64,000 nt of DNA from Nitrospirales bacterium (GCA_963555755.3 OY820905.2:2816001-2880000), one strand, 5' to 3'; counted from the first letter of the stretch, positions 50,489 through 61,800 are shown. Notes: generated from the sequence alone by a model not told the origin. Numbers and translations: made by a program.

Positions 50489-52117
50489 CTACCGTGGAGC
50501 GCCCGTCAGATTCGACGGCAACTGGTGATCGAGTTGGTAGAGTACTGGCGGAGCTAATGCGTCCGCGCATGCGTGAACTTTTACCTGACCGTTGTCATGG
50601 ACTCGAACGATATCTAATGCCTGGCCATGGTGGTAATGACACCCTAGTGGAGCTAGCCCATCTTTGAGTGATTCTGGCGTATCCCAATGGGCTGTGATTA
50701 ACGCGGTTCGTGCCGGGTTTCGATGACTAAACATGAACGACAGATGATCGGGATACCAATCCGCGCCACCTGTGGCATAGGAAACAAAGAGTTTGGCTTG
50801 GGCTTGGGCCACTATATCCGAAAGATATTGATTCGTCAGAAAGCCGTTTTCTCCCACCTCTAACCACCGGCCGGGATGAGATAAACTCGCATGAGCGGTG
50901 TAGGAACGAATTTCTTTCAACTGTTGTTGGGAGGCATAGACCGTCGTAATGGGCCCATATTGTTCGACAAATTGAGTCATGACCCTATCGTGTAGGGCGG
51001 ATTTGCCATCGTTCGTTGGCCCGCTGTCTGCATGGACTAACGTATTGTGGCCTCGGTCATTGATTAAATAACAATTCCGGGGAAGCGCCAGATCGCAAGG
51101 GTCCTCACCGAAAAACGGGACCGACACCACTTGCCCACCTTCAAATTTCCAAATTTCCCCATGGGCCAACTCAATGACATTCGTGAACCCGAGTTCTCGC
51201 ATGAGGGAGAGATAATCAAAATACAAGGACTGCCGGTTTTTCCGGCTTGGCACGATGATGGGCACATCCTTAGGCAGGTTTAGCAATGTCCGGGGATCCA
51301 CATGGTCATCGTGGTCATGAGTCAAGAACACCGCCGCTGGCTGTGGCAACAAGGACGTCCACAGTGAGGGGACCGGGGATTCAGCAAACCACGGCATCAG
51401 CCAAGGATCAAACCAGAGAAAGGAATTCTGCTGTCGGTACATCAATGCGGCATGACCCAAGTGCACCATGTCTTGATCTCGTGTGGCATCCAACCAATGT
51501 GTTCGAACGGAAGAGGTGTTCGACACCGTCAGACATTCATGCGTGGCAAGCTGCTCCACGAGATGGGTCAAATGGTGTTCAATCTCGCGACCAGAGGCCG
51601 TGGCAATTGTGCGAATTTCCGCCACGGTTCGCGTCCCATTCAAAAATCCCAACAGCTTTCCCACCACCGGTGAAAGCGGACGATCAAACCTAAACGGTAC
51701 GGCTTGGTGCGTGACCGCATTAAAAATTCGCAACCCGGAATAATTCATGACCGCAGACTTATCACGATCTTGAGGAAATTCCCAAAGAAACGTGCCATCA
51801 GGATTCCGCCCGCAACGGATGTGAGCCTGGAGCCGCGGGCGCGTTCGTACGACTTCCGCGTACGCATCCTCAAGGCGCCCACGAATTTCTGGATCATCTA
51901 CTGTGGTACGTTGAGCAAAGACATCACTGATCACAGTTTCCACGGAACTCATGAGAATGCTATGCACCTCATGGAGACTTGCGACAACCTCAGGATCAAC
52001 ACCACCCATAAACGGAAACGGACCTGGTGGCTCCGAGTTTTCCAATTGCACCCATACCCACGGTTGCAATCCCACAAATTGATTCGAGCCAAATTGATCC
52101 CAAATAGCCATAGTCAC
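50489..52117 (-). CDS. MBL-fold metalloenzyme with large N-terminal domain (CmlA-like layout)
   Basis: LGHA, DPW, THDHDDH, PFFGE, HADS. Confidence 0.75.
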   Translation of the reverse strand: MTMAIWDQFGSNQFVGLQPWVWVQLENSEPPGPFPFMGGVDPEVVASLHEVHSILMSSVETVISDVFAQRTTVDDPEIRGRLEDAYAEVVRTRPRLQAHIRCGRNPDGTFLWEFPQDRDKSAVMNYSGLRIFNAVTHQAVPFRFDRPLSPVVGKLLGFLNGTRTVAEIRTIATASGREIEHHLTHLVEQLATHECLTVSNTSSVRTHWLDATRDQDMVHLGHAALMYRQQNSFLWFDPWLMPWFAESPVPSLWTSLLPQPAAVFLTHDHDDHVDPRTLLNLPKDVPIIVPSRKNRQSLYFDYLSLMRELGFTNVIELAHGEIWKFEGGQVVSVPFFGEDPCDLALPRNCYLINDRGHNTLVHADSGPTNDGKSALHDRVMTQFVEQYGPITTVYASQQQLKEIRSYTAHASLSHPGRWLEVGENGFLTNQYLSDIVAQAQAKLFVSYATGGADWYPDHLSFMFSHRNPARTALITAHWDTPESLKDGLAPLGCHYHHGQALDIVRVHDNGQVKVHACADALAPPVLYQLDHQLPSNLTGAPR

Positions 52118-52195
52118 AAAAATGCTTTCTTATTGAGTTGGTCTAGAATAAAGGAATTGACCTGACGTGTCTGGTTGTCAAAACACCACGGGTGG

Positions 52196-52633
52196 TTATG
52201 ACGAAAAACGAATGGCACTAATCGTTGGATCATAAAGAATTTGGATGACTATGTGATCAGGATCAGCAAGATAAAATGAATAACTATCATCTCGGTGTTG
52301 TTTCGGATGATGCACAATGTTTACCCCCTCTTCCACCACCTGCTTATACAGTTGATCCACCCTCTCCGGGGTCTCCATCAAAAAACCCAAGTGGTCCAAA
52401 AACTGTCCGTGGCCTGGTCGATGTTCGTGAAGGTCACCACTGGGAATTTGGTGAAGCGCAAGGTTATCGACGCCCGAACTCATATAGACATTTTCGGCAT
52501 CCGGTTCCCAGACAATGTCCATCCCAAACCATTTCTGATAAAACGCTTTTGACCGGGCCAGGTTCGAGACCTTCAGCGCCACATGGCGTAGACCTCTTGT
52601 TGAGGGGATTTTTCGTTGGTCTTTCTCGGCCAT
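52196..52633 (-). CDS. VOC/glyoxalase family protein
   Basis: LRHVALKV..LARSKAFY, DHLGF, FYLADPD. Confidence 0.88.
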   Translation of the reverse strand: MAEKDQRKIPSTRGLRHVALKVSNLARSKAFYQKWFGMDIVWEPDAENVYMSSGVDNLALHQIPSGDLHEHRPGHGQFLDHLGFLMETPERVDQLYKQVVEEGVNIVHHPKQHRDDSYSFYLADPDHIVIQILYDPTISAIRFSS

Positions 52634-52852
52634 AATCATGCTACCGAATATTCGGATCACCCCATCTTAACGGTGCTTTGGGTGGGGAGCAACTCCCATA
52701 ATATTGGCCAGGATACACATGACATGATCTCATCAAAACCAGATTCGAATTTCGAACTGCTCCTGCATTGTGGTACTATCAAACCCACAGAAATCGCTCT
52801 CGGGAACTTTCGAGAGGCACCAACATTTTCGCCAAACTCGTTGCCTTAATCC

Positions 52853-53725
52853 ATGACTCCCCCATCCGACTCTGACCAACCAACTGGATTCGCTGGAAGA
52901 ACCGTCGCGGCCTTCGAAAGCCGCATGGCCGATCAAATGGCCGCACTTATTTCACGTCATGGAGGCACACCCCTCGTAGGACCATCCATGCAAGAGATTC
53001 CCTTAGAAAACAATCCGCAAGCGCTGGACTTCGCTGATCACCTGACGGCGGGATCCATTGACATGCTGATTTTGCTCACCGGCGTTGGGACAAGGACCTT
53101 AGTGGATGTGTGGAAAACACGGTTCTCTTTGGAAGACATCACACATGCTTTAACTCGGACCACACTCGTCGCCCGTGGACCCAAACCCATTGCAGCCTTA
53201 AAGGAATTGGGACTCAAACCTCACCTCGTGGTCCCTGAACCTAATACTTGGAAGGATATCCTCCAAACACTGGACACATTCAAACCTGCGGGACTCTCCG
53301 GACTACAGATCGCCATTCAAGAATACGGCATACCCAACAAGGAACTTGTGGAAGGGTTAACGAAGCGGGGAGCCCAAGTCACGAGTGTGCCTGTGTACCG
53401 ATGGGCTCTTCCTGATGATGTGGAACCTCTTAAACATGCCCTCCGGAGCATTTTGGACGGAAACGTAGCGGTGGTACTATTCACCAGCGCAGCGCAAGTC
53501 GATCATGTCGTGGAAATGCTCCACGCAACCAACGAACTCGAACCCTTTCGTCACGCTCTTGGAAAAACCATGGTCGCCTCGATTGGCCCAATGACCAGCC
53601 AGCGTCTCGGGCAACATCAATTCCCGATTGACTTTGAACCTTCCCATTCAAAAATGGGAATTTTGGTCAAAGAAGCCAGCGCCCACGTCGGTGATATCCT
53701 CAACCAAAAACAGAAAGCCTGCTAA
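52853..53725 (+). CDS. hemD: Uroporphyrinogen-III synthase
   Basis: LTGVG, ARGPK, VYRW, FTSAAQV, SIGPMT. Confidence 0.88.
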   Translation: MTPPSDSDQPTGFAGRTVAAFESRMADQMAALISRHGGTPLVGPSMQEIPLENNPQALDFADHLTAGSIDMLILLTGVGTRTLVDVWKTRFSLEDITHALTRTTLVARGPKPIAALKELGLKPHLVVPEPNTWKDILQTLDTFKPAGLSGLQIAIQEYGIPNKELVEGLTKRGAQVTSVPVYRWALPDDVEPLKHALRSILDGNVAVVLFTSAAQVDHVVEMLHATNELEPFRHALGKTMVASIGPMTSQRLGQHQFPIDFEPSHSKMGILVKEASAHVGDILNQKQKAC

Positions 53726-53834
53726 ATAGTACTTAAGTACGGCCACAAAGTCATCACCCCTATTGGCCATCTCCGCGATAGCGTGACTCCTGAAAATCAA
53801 GAAAAAATCCTTAATTTTCAACATCTTTGAAATG

Positions 53835-53883
53835 GACAAGTGTAATGTGGTAAATACATTGACAAGTGTAATGTGGTAAATAC
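53835..53883. repeat. 23 bp direct tandem duplication
   Basis: GACAAGTGTAATGTGGTAAATAC at 53835 and 53861. Confidence 0.9.
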
Positions 53884-54244
53884 GTGGATCAATTCCATGG
53901 TCACCACTTAAGATGAAAAAGCGTAGATTCAGCTAACAAGGCCTTCCTCGCTGACCTCATTCGCCCACATCTTATCTTAACGTTAGATCTTTACCGAGCT
54001 TAGAAACACTTTCGAGTCTGACTTGGCTGGTGCGTGAAGCTGAGGAACACGCAAGTTCACCAGAAAATGATAGCCGAACTGGGATAAAGCGCAATAGGAT
54101 ATTGCTCAAGAAAAGTCCATTCTATTGACCGAAAATAACAGGTAACGCGAAAGAGATGCGTATGATCACAATGGCTATCGTCATGGGCACCAACGGATTG
54201 GGTATCTCTGATCCACGCAATCCCATATTACGGGAGACCCAACG

Positions 54245-55057
54245 ATGATCTATTCCAGAAATGGCACTCATCCAACTAAAATCACGACAGCTCTTTTACT
54301 CGCTGCGGGTGCGGGAACCCGCCTTCAACCATTGACCTGGGATGTTCCCAAGTGCCTCACTGAGGTCGGCGGTATTCCTATCCTCGAACGGCTGGTCAAC
54401 AATCTGCGCACACAGGGATTTGAACGGTTAGTCGTGGTGATCGGACACTTGGGTAGTCGTATCCAGGAATTTCTGCAACACCACGCAGGTGGTATGCGGA
54501 TTGATTACGTGGTCAATCCAGTGTACCGGACAACCAATAATATCTACTCTCTCTGGCTGGCTCGGCAGCAGATCCGGGAGCCGTTTTTGTTGGTGGAAAG
54601 TGATTTGATTTTTGAGGCCAGCATGCTGACCAACATGCTCCAACCTGACAAGATCGCGATTTCCAGGATACTCCCTTGGATGAACGGCACCACGGTGGAA
54701 CTTGGGGCCAAAAGGCGGGTTACAGCTTTTCGCATGGGTGGTGATAGTTGTGATTTTGCACGCCAGTATAAAACTGTCAATCTCTACAGCTTCTCCCTTC
54801 ATTCATGGAGCAAGGTTGAGAAAAGGTTAAGCCGCTATGTCTCGGAACGCAGAGTTGGTGAGTTTTACGAAGCTGTATTAGCCGAGATGGTCGCTGACGG
54901 CACACTTTGTTTCGACGCGGTCTTCTTCGATGCAAACCGATGGTATGAGATTGATACCACAATGGATTTGCACGGGGCAGAAAATCTATTTACCCAACAC
55001 CGTTCCATCGCCAATCACCCCCTCTTCGTCACTGAACCTCCAGCCGTTCGTGTCTGA
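54245..55057 (+). CDS. LicC-like phosphocholine/phosphonate cytidylyltransferase
   Basis: LAAGAGTRL..T..PKCL, NPVYRTTNNIYSL, VESDL, WYEIDT. Confidence 0.85.
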   Translation: MIYSRNGTHPTKITTALLLAAGAGTRLQPLTWDVPKCLTEVGGIPILERLVNNLRTQGFERLVVVIGHLGSRIQEFLQHHAGGMRIDYVVNPVYRTTNNIYSLWLARQQIREPFLLVESDLIFEASMLTNMLQPDKIAISRILPWMNGTTVELGAKRRVTAFRMGGDSCDFARQYKTVNLYSFSLHSWSKVEKRLSRYVSERRVGEFYEAVLAEMVADGTLCFDAVFFDANRWYEIDTTMDLHGAENLFTQHRSIANHPLFVTEPPAVRV

Positions 55058-55865
55058 AATCGATCCCGCATCAGTCAACCGGTATTGGGAGAACGTCAAG
55101 TCTTCAATACTCGGGCCATACATGATGGATGGCTTCGGCTTTCCTGTAAGTGCAGGCGATTTTCGTTTTCGTGGGGAGGTTCGAATCGTCCGACGCTTGC
55201 TTCGTGGAATCGAGCACAATAGTTCGGTTCTCGATCTCGGGAGCGGTGTTGGCTATTGGGCCGAGGAGTTTGCCCGCAGTTTTTTACGAGTGGACGCTAT
55301 CGAAGGCAGCCATGTACTCTACCAGGCGTTGAAGGAGCGATGCACCCCGTATCCCAACATCCGCGCCATACACGGTGATGTCCTGTCATTCCAGCCAGAT
55401 GGCCATAATAGCTTGATCTTCCTCGGCGGCTTGCTCATGTACCTGGACGAACATGACGTGATTGCCCTGCTGCAAAAGTTGGTCCCGTGTCTCAGGCCAG
55501 GTGGGATCATCCTGTGCCGTGAGTCCACGGTTCGGGGTAAGACGGTGACGCGCACTGGCGACTATTCCGTCGTGTATCGTTCAGTGTCGGACTACACACG
55601 CATCTTCAATCAATGCGGATTGACCCTCAAGCACGTTGAACGAAACGAGCCCTATGCCCTCATGCAAATGGGATGTGACCTGATCAGAAAATGGAAGCGG
55701 GTCATTCCGAAACCCTTTCAGGCGCTGCCAATCGTGGGTGGCCTGACCTATTGGTGTATACGTGTAGGAGCTCCCTTGATTAAGCGTCTCCCCAAGGCCC
55801 TCGGAATTCCGTTTCCGAGCCTGGAGAATCACTTTTTCGTACTCGGAACCGGACCGATAGAATAA
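55050..55865 (+). CDS. SAM-dependent methyltransferase, phosphoethanolamine N-methyltransferase-like
   Basis: VLDLGSGVG motif I, LLMYL, GGIILCRES; GTG start overlaps the upstream stop. Confidence 0.8.
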   Translation: MSEIDPASVNRYWENVKSSILGPYMMDGFGFPVSAGDFRFRGEVRIVRRLLRGIEHNSSVLDLGSGVGYWAEEFARSFLRVDAIEGSHVLYQALKERCTPYPNIRAIHGDVLSFQPDGHNSLIFLGGLLMYLDEHDVIALLQKLVPCLRPGGIILCRESTVRGKTVTRTGDYSVVYRSVSDYTRIFNQCGLTLKHVERNEPYALMQMGCDLIRKWKRVIPKPFQALPIVGGLTYWCIRVGAPLIKRLPKALGIPFPSLENHFFVLGTGPIE

Positions 55866-55890
55866 ACCTAGCAATGGTTCAGATCACCCT

Positions 55891-56556
55891 ATGGGAAACA
55901 CACAAGGAAACTTTGTCTATCGGAACCTGGCCAATGCAGCCTCAATTCTCGGTGTGCTGCCTCTGGTGTTGCTGTTCTTCGAAGGAGGGTATCTTTATGT
56001 GATTCCACTTATCATCTACAACAATGTGATGGATGACCTCGATGGGGTACTGGCTGCCAAGTTGAATATCCGTAGCCAATTCGGTGCCAATCTTGACAAT
56101 ATCTGCGATGCCGTCGCCCATGTAGCTCTGGTCATGGCAGTAGGCGCACATTTCGGTGGACTGGCCTTGATGGGAAGCATGATCGTTTCGGCTTCGATCA
56201 TTCTTCGAGTAGCGTCCCGGCTCAATCCGGATAGTGTGGCAGGCACCGGTTCGCCGACCAATGAACTCATGCGTCACATGCTGTTCCTCCTTCTGTTGAC
56301 ACACATGTTTGATGTTGACCCTGAATTGTATCTGGTTCTGATTTTTAGTTTGCATGTGGTCACCATGAACGTGCCGTTCAAGTTACCTTTCCTTATTCGA
56401 GGGCTAGCAAAGACCGCCACGACGGTTACGTTGGTGAATGTGGCACTAGTGGCGGCGTGGCTCATACCATCCGTTTCGCCATTCATAGCAACGGCCTTCA
56501 TCGCCACCTATTTGTATTCATTTGTGGTAGGAGGGACGCAATGGCTAAGGACCTGA
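55891..56556 (+). CDS. CDP-alcohol phosphatidyltransferase family protein
   Basis: DDLDGVLAAKLNIRSQFGANLDNICD signature; TM helices. Confidence 0.9.
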   Translation: MGNTQGNFVYRNLANAASILGVLPLVLLFFEGGYLYVIPLIIYNNVMDDLDGVLAAKLNIRSQFGANLDNICDAVAHVALVMAVGAHFGGLALMGSMIVSASIILRVASRLNPDSVAGTGSPTNELMRHMLFLLLLTHMFDVDPELYLVLIFSLHVVTMNVPFKLPFLIRGLAKTATTVTLVNVALVAAWLIPSVSPFIATAFIATYLYSFVVGGTQWLRT

Positions 56557-56793
56557 GAGAAGTTGTGGTATAGAAGAATCGTAAAATCCCCCCTACCCCC
56601 ATTTTCCAAAGGCGGAATCTAGCGGTAGCCTCTCCCCAATGTATTTTCTTGAACCCCAGGCATTCGAGTTTCCGGTAAATCTGTCCACTCAGTTTCGCGA
56701 AGACCCGGAATTAATAAAGTTTTACTTACGTCCGACAAATATGGATAATACCAATGGCCGAAGTTCCTTTTGATTTGTTTGGAGGTGTACCTG

Positions 56794-57276
56794 ATGCTCA
56801 GCCGGTTTCGTCGACCAGGGCTGATGTATGCATTGACGCTATCCTGGATGGTTCTCTGGGTAACCATCTTTCCGCTGGTTCATGTTCATCCTGAAGCAGA
56901 TCATGCCCATGGGGGTATCCACCACCAGCATGGTGGGCTTGCCCACTCTGTGCTTTCGCAAGATTTACCCTGCGAGTTTGGGAACGACTCCTATCACTCT
57001 ACAGAAAAGCAAACTCATCTTGTCGGGTTTCCGGGTCACACTCATGGGCACTCTCACGCATTGAGTCACACAGAAATTACCTTTTCTGCCCTGAATTCTT
57101 CATCAGATGGACCGCTCAAAAAACAGTTTGTAGAATCTTTTGGAACTGTTGACCAAAATGCCTCGCCATCCTATGGCCTGGCTTGGGGAAATGTCCTTCC
57201 TCAACAAAACGATTGCTCTTCCAATCACTTCATCCAACCCTACTCTTCTCGACCTCCGCCAGTTCTCCACATTTAA
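56794..57276 (+). CDS. His-rich membrane-anchored protein upstream of czc
   Basis: TM segment then HVHPEADHAHGGIHHQH and GHTHGHSH; C-terminal SRPPP. Confidence 0.7.
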   Translation: MLSRFRRPGLMYALTLSWMVLWVTIFPLVHVHPEADHAHGGIHHQHGGLAHSVLSQDLPCEFGNDSYHSTEKQTHLVGFPGHTHGHSHALSHTEITFSALNSSSDGPLKKQFVESFGTVDQNASPSYGLAWGNVLPQQNDCSSNHFIQPYSSRPPPVLHI

Positions 57277-57278
57277 CA

Positions 57279-57545
57279 GGGAATGTTGAAAAAGGGCGTC
57301 AGCGGCGTTCTCGGCCCTTTGTCGTGCTCACGTGCTATGAGTACGCTCCGCGCGCCAAAAGCGCCTGCGGCCTTGCACACCGAGTAGTCAGTACCACTCG
57401 ATGGGGGGGATGTTCGAAGGGGGTGTTCCCCCTTCGAGGGGTCACAGGCCCTGCTGTTTGGGCCGTCCTAGGGGCAGAGCCCCTGGGAAAGTCAGATGGG
57501 AAGCCTGGAGACCATCTGGCTGAGCGCACCTTTTTGAACATCCCC
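57279..57545 (-). repeat. Family A element carrying an ~140 bp multi-hairpin insert
   Basis: A core up to CCTTG, then insert, then GCTGAGCGCACCTTTTTGAACATCCCC. Confidence 0.8.
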
Positions 57546-57577
57546 ATGATCTTAATAGTTCATAAAATTAGTCAATC

Positions 57578-58750
57578 GTGAAGAGGCTCGTCGTGAAAAA
57601 TAAATGGCTCATTCTCCTTCCGTTCCTTTTGATTCAGGCATGCTCTGATTCACCAGAACCACCAACAGACGCCGCCTCACAAGAAGCCGAGCCGCCAGGG
57701 GCAACGAATCCTTCGCCGTTGCATCTCACCGAATCGGCACAACAACGAATCAAAACCGCACCTGTGGAAGAACGGATGCTCTCCAAAACGATTACGGCAC
57801 CAGGGAATGTCGCGTTGAATCTTGCCAAGATGGCGAAGATATCCTCGCGCATTGAAGGCCAGGCGGAACAGGTCTTCGTTCAATTAGGGAACCGTGTGAA
57901 AAAAGGGGTGCCGTTAGTCGCGATTGGAAGCCTTAAGCTGGATGAGTTGGTTCAGGAGTTTTTGGTCTCTCAAGTTCAAGTGGAGCTTCGGAAAGCCAAC
58001 TTCGAGCGCACCCAAACACTGTACGAGGAACAAATCGTATCTGAACGCCGCTTGATGGAAGATCGTGCGCATTATTTAGAATCCAAAGCCATCAACCAGC
58101 ATGTCACAGAAAAACTTCAGAACATGGGTTTGGCAAAAAATGAACTGGACGAACTGCTGCACAGCCATACCATGGAAGGGCATCGCTATATTATTAAATC
58201 ACCGTTGGCTGGAATTATTTCAGAACAAACCGTAGTGCTCGGTCAGGGAATCAGAACCGGCGACCACCTTTTCGAGGTCGTAGATACTCGCCAAGTCTGG
58301 GTCTTTGCCAGTCTTCCCATAGAACAAGCACAGCATTTCAAGGAAGGTGATCGCGGCACGATCGTCGCTAAAGGCCGAATGCCGATTAAAGCTCCCCTAA
58401 CCTATATCGCGCCTGTAGCAGACAAAGCGACATTGACCGTTCAGCTTCGGTTCGATGTTGCCAATCAGAAAGGTTTATTAAAACCAAACGAATATGTGGA
58501 GGTCCGGTTGGAGCAAGGAGCCTCATTACTTTTGGCTATTCCCGTGACAGCTCCTACGTTAGTTGAAGGGGTTCGAGGAGTCTTTGTGAAGCAGGCGAAG
58601 GACTTTACGTTCATCCCTGTGACACTTGGCCAAGAGAGTGATGGCTGGATCGAAGTCACCGAGGGGCTCACCGTTGGAGATGAGGTGGTCATTGAAGGTG
58701 TATTCGATTTGAAAAATTCACTTCTTAAAGATTCGATCGCAGGGGATTGA
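57578..58750 (+). CDS. czcB: Heavy-metal RND efflux membrane fusion protein
   Basis: Lipoprotein-like N-terminus, ISSRIEG, IKSPLAG, GLTVGDEVV. Confidence 0.85.
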   Translation: MKRLVVKNKWLILLPFLLIQACSDSPEPPTDAASQEAEPPGATNPSPLHLTESAQQRIKTAPVEERMLSKTITAPGNVALNLAKMAKISSRIEGQAEQVFVQLGNRVKKGVPLVAIGSLKLDELVQEFLVSQVQVELRKANFERTQTLYEEQIVSERRLMEDRAHYLESKAINQHVTEKLQNMGLAKNELDELLHSHTMEGHRYIIKSPLAGIISEQTVVLGQGIRTGDHLFEVVDTRQVWVFASLPIEQAQHFKEGDRGTIVAKGRMPIKAPLTYIAPVADKATLTVQLRFDVANQKGLLKPNEYVEVRLEQGASLLLAIPVTAPTLVEGVRGVFVKQAKDFTFIPVTLGQESDGWIEVTEGLTVGDEVVIEGVFDLKNSLLKDSIAGD

Positions 58751-58759
58751 GCTGGAGAT

Positions 58760-58870
58760 CGTAATGCGTAAAGCGTCATGCGTGATGAGTAAAAGACAAA
58801 GAATACGTCCAGCGGATCAGGGTTTATGTTTTACCCATTTCGCTTCACGCATCACGCATAACGCATCACG
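58760..58870. repeat. Inverted heptamer tandem repeats
   Basis: CGTAATG CGTAAAG CGTCATG CGTGATG ... CTTCACG CATCACG CATAACG CATCACG. Confidence 0.75.
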
Positions 58871-58885
58871 AGGTTTATAGAAAAA

Positions 58886-61800
58886 ATGGAACACCTTCTC
58901 ACCCTCTCCCTTCGTTACCGCTTCTTCACACTCGTGACCTTGCTTCTGGTCATGGGTACAGGGATTTACTCCTTAAGAGAGTTGCCCATTGATGCCGTGC
59001 CCGACCTCACTCCTGTGCAAGTCCAAATTCTGACCAAGGCTCCAGCCTTAGGTCCTATAGAAGTCGAGCAATTCGTCACCTTTCCCATTGAAACCAATAT
59101 GAGCGGACTGCCGGGTCTCAAAGAACTGCGCTCGATTTCTCAATTCGGGATTTCAGTCGTCACTGCGATATTTGAAGATCATATGGATCTGTACTTGGCA
59201 CGCCAACTGGTCAATGAACGATTGGCCATCGCCATTGAACAAATTCCTTCAGAATATGCCCGGCCCATGATGGGGCCGCTGACCACCGGCTTGGGGGAAG
59301 TCTATCAATTTACGGTCAGCGGTGAGGGCTACAGTCCCATGGAGCTGCGCACGTTATTGGAGTGGGATATTGGACGCCGTCTTCGTTCGGTCCCTGGCGT
59401 GGTCGAAGTGAATATTTGGGGCGGGCGGGAAAAACAGTTTCAAGTGATGGTCGATCCCCAAAAACTTTTAGCGCTCAAGCTTTCTCTCAAGGATGTGTAT
59501 GAGGCCCTCGAAAAAAACAATGCGCTGACTGGTGGTGGCTACATTGTGCACGAACGAGAACAGTTTCTTATTCGCGGGGAAGCCATGGCCAAAGGGGTCG
59601 AAGATCTCGGGCAAATCCTCGTCAGACATGCCCCTGGCGGAATCCCCATTTACATCAATGACGTGGCACTCGTACAAGTAGGCGCGAACCTCAGAATTGG
59701 CGCCGCAACCAGGATGGGTGAAGGGGAGACCGTGATTGGCATGGTTCAGATGCTGGCTGGGGCCAATGCCGAACACGTGGTCGAGCAAGTCAAAGCACGG
59801 GTGGAAGACATTCAATCTTCTTTGCCACCTGGTGTCGTGATCGAACCGTATTACGATCGTTCAATTTTTGTTTCCCAAGTCATTCACACCGTGCAAACAA
59901 ATCTGTTGGAAGGCGGGTTACTCGTCATTGCCATCTTGTTTTTGTTCCTTGGAAATTTTCGATCAGGCTTGATCGTCGCAGCAGCCATTCCCATATCCAT
60001 GCTGATCGCGTTTACCGGGATGCTCAAAACCGGCATTTCCGGAAACCTGATGAGTTTGGGCGCAATTGATTTTGGTTTACTGGTCGATGGATCCGTCGTG
60101 ATGATTGATAACATTCTCCGAAAGTTGAGCACTCTGGATAATGGGTCAGATGAAGACAGAGCCCAAGGCATTCAAGACGCGGCGAAAGAAGTGCTTCGTC
60201 CCATTACCTTTGCCGTGGGCATTATTATTTTAGTCTATCTTCCTATTCTGACTCTCGCCGGGCTAGAGGGAAAAATGTTCCAGCCCATGGCGTTTACGGT
60301 GATCTTTGCTCTTGCAGGTTCACTTATTTTTGCCGTTGCCGCTGTTCCGACTCTCGCGTTTTGGTTTGCCAAGTCCAAGACACAATATGAAGAAACCTGG
60401 CTGCTTCGAAAGATACGCAAATTCTACGAACCCTGTCTCCGTTTCTCAATTAGCAAACCTCAGTTGGCTGCGGGATCGGCCATCGTGCTGTTTGTCTTGA
60501 GCCTGTTTGTCGGCCCCTCGTTAGGCGTGGTTTTCATGCCCCGTTTAGATGAGGGAGACCTCGCTATCCAGGTATGGCGTTTGCCGAGCGTGTCGCTTGA
60601 TGAATCCGTGGCCACTGCACTCCAAGTGGAACAAAGCCTTCGCAAATTCCCCGAAGTCATCAAAGTGGTATCCAGAACGGGCAGCCCTGAAGTAGCCACC
60701 GATCCTATGGGCATCGAACTCTCTGATGTATTTGCGGTGTTGAAACCGAAGGATGAATGGGTGAGTGCCCAAACCAAAGAGGAACTGATCGAGAAAATGC
60801 GACATGCCATTTTGGAATCGGTGCATGGGGTTGGCCTCGGCTTTACCCAACCGATTGAAATGCGATTTAACGAACTCATTGCGGGAACCCGATCGGATAT
60901 TGCTGTGAAAATCTTCGGGGAGGATCTCTCGGTTCTTCGCAAACACGCGGAACAGGTTGCAAGCGTCTTAAAAAGTATTCCAGGGGCGACCGATGTGAAA
61001 GCCGAACAAGTGTCAGGCGTTCCGCGAATTCGTATTATCGTGGATCGAGACCAGATTGCTCGCTACGGTATTACTGCCGATGATGTGTTGACATATGTCC
61101 AAACCGCCCGTGCGGGCCAACATGTCGGAACCATCTTTGAGGGCGAAAAACGATTTGCTTTAGTTGTTCGTCTGACCGACCAATCCTCAGCCAGCCCTGC
61201 TGCGATCCGAAATTTGCTTGTGCCCACGCCACATGGCGAATTGGTGCCGTTATCCCGCATTGCGCAAGTAATCGTCGATGAAGGGCCAGCGCAAATTAGC
61301 CGCGAAAATACCCATCGCCGAATCGTGGTGGAAGCCAATATTCGAGGCCGGGACTTGGGTGGGTTTATGACCGAAGCGCAACAGACCATTCGAGAAAAAG
61401 TTTCACTTCCCTCTGGATACTATCTTGAATGGGGAGGGCAATTTGAACACCTGGAGGAAGCCACCCAACGCTTAGCCCTGGTCGTTCCCATTACGCTGAT
61501 CTTGATCATCGGCATGCTCTCACTTATTTTCGGCACGCTTCGCCCAGCCTTTCTTATTTTTCTCAATGTGCCTTTGGCACTATCAGGAGGAATTTTCGCG
61601 TTGTGGATTAGAGGACTGCCTCTGAGTATCTCCGCGAGTGTGGGGTTCATCGCATTATTTGGCATTGCGGTCTTGAATGGGGTGGTGCTGGTTTCCAGAA
61701 TTCGCAGCTTGGAACAAGAAGGATTGTCTACTGAACAGGCCGTGACACAGGGAGCCTTAGATCGACTCCGGCCTGTGTTGATGACCGCGTTAGTGGCTAG

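Noticed and set aside
53835..53883. Mini CRISPR array
   Set aside because: Only two repeats with a 3 bp gap, no spacers and no cas genes; no CRISPR array was seen anywhere in the window.
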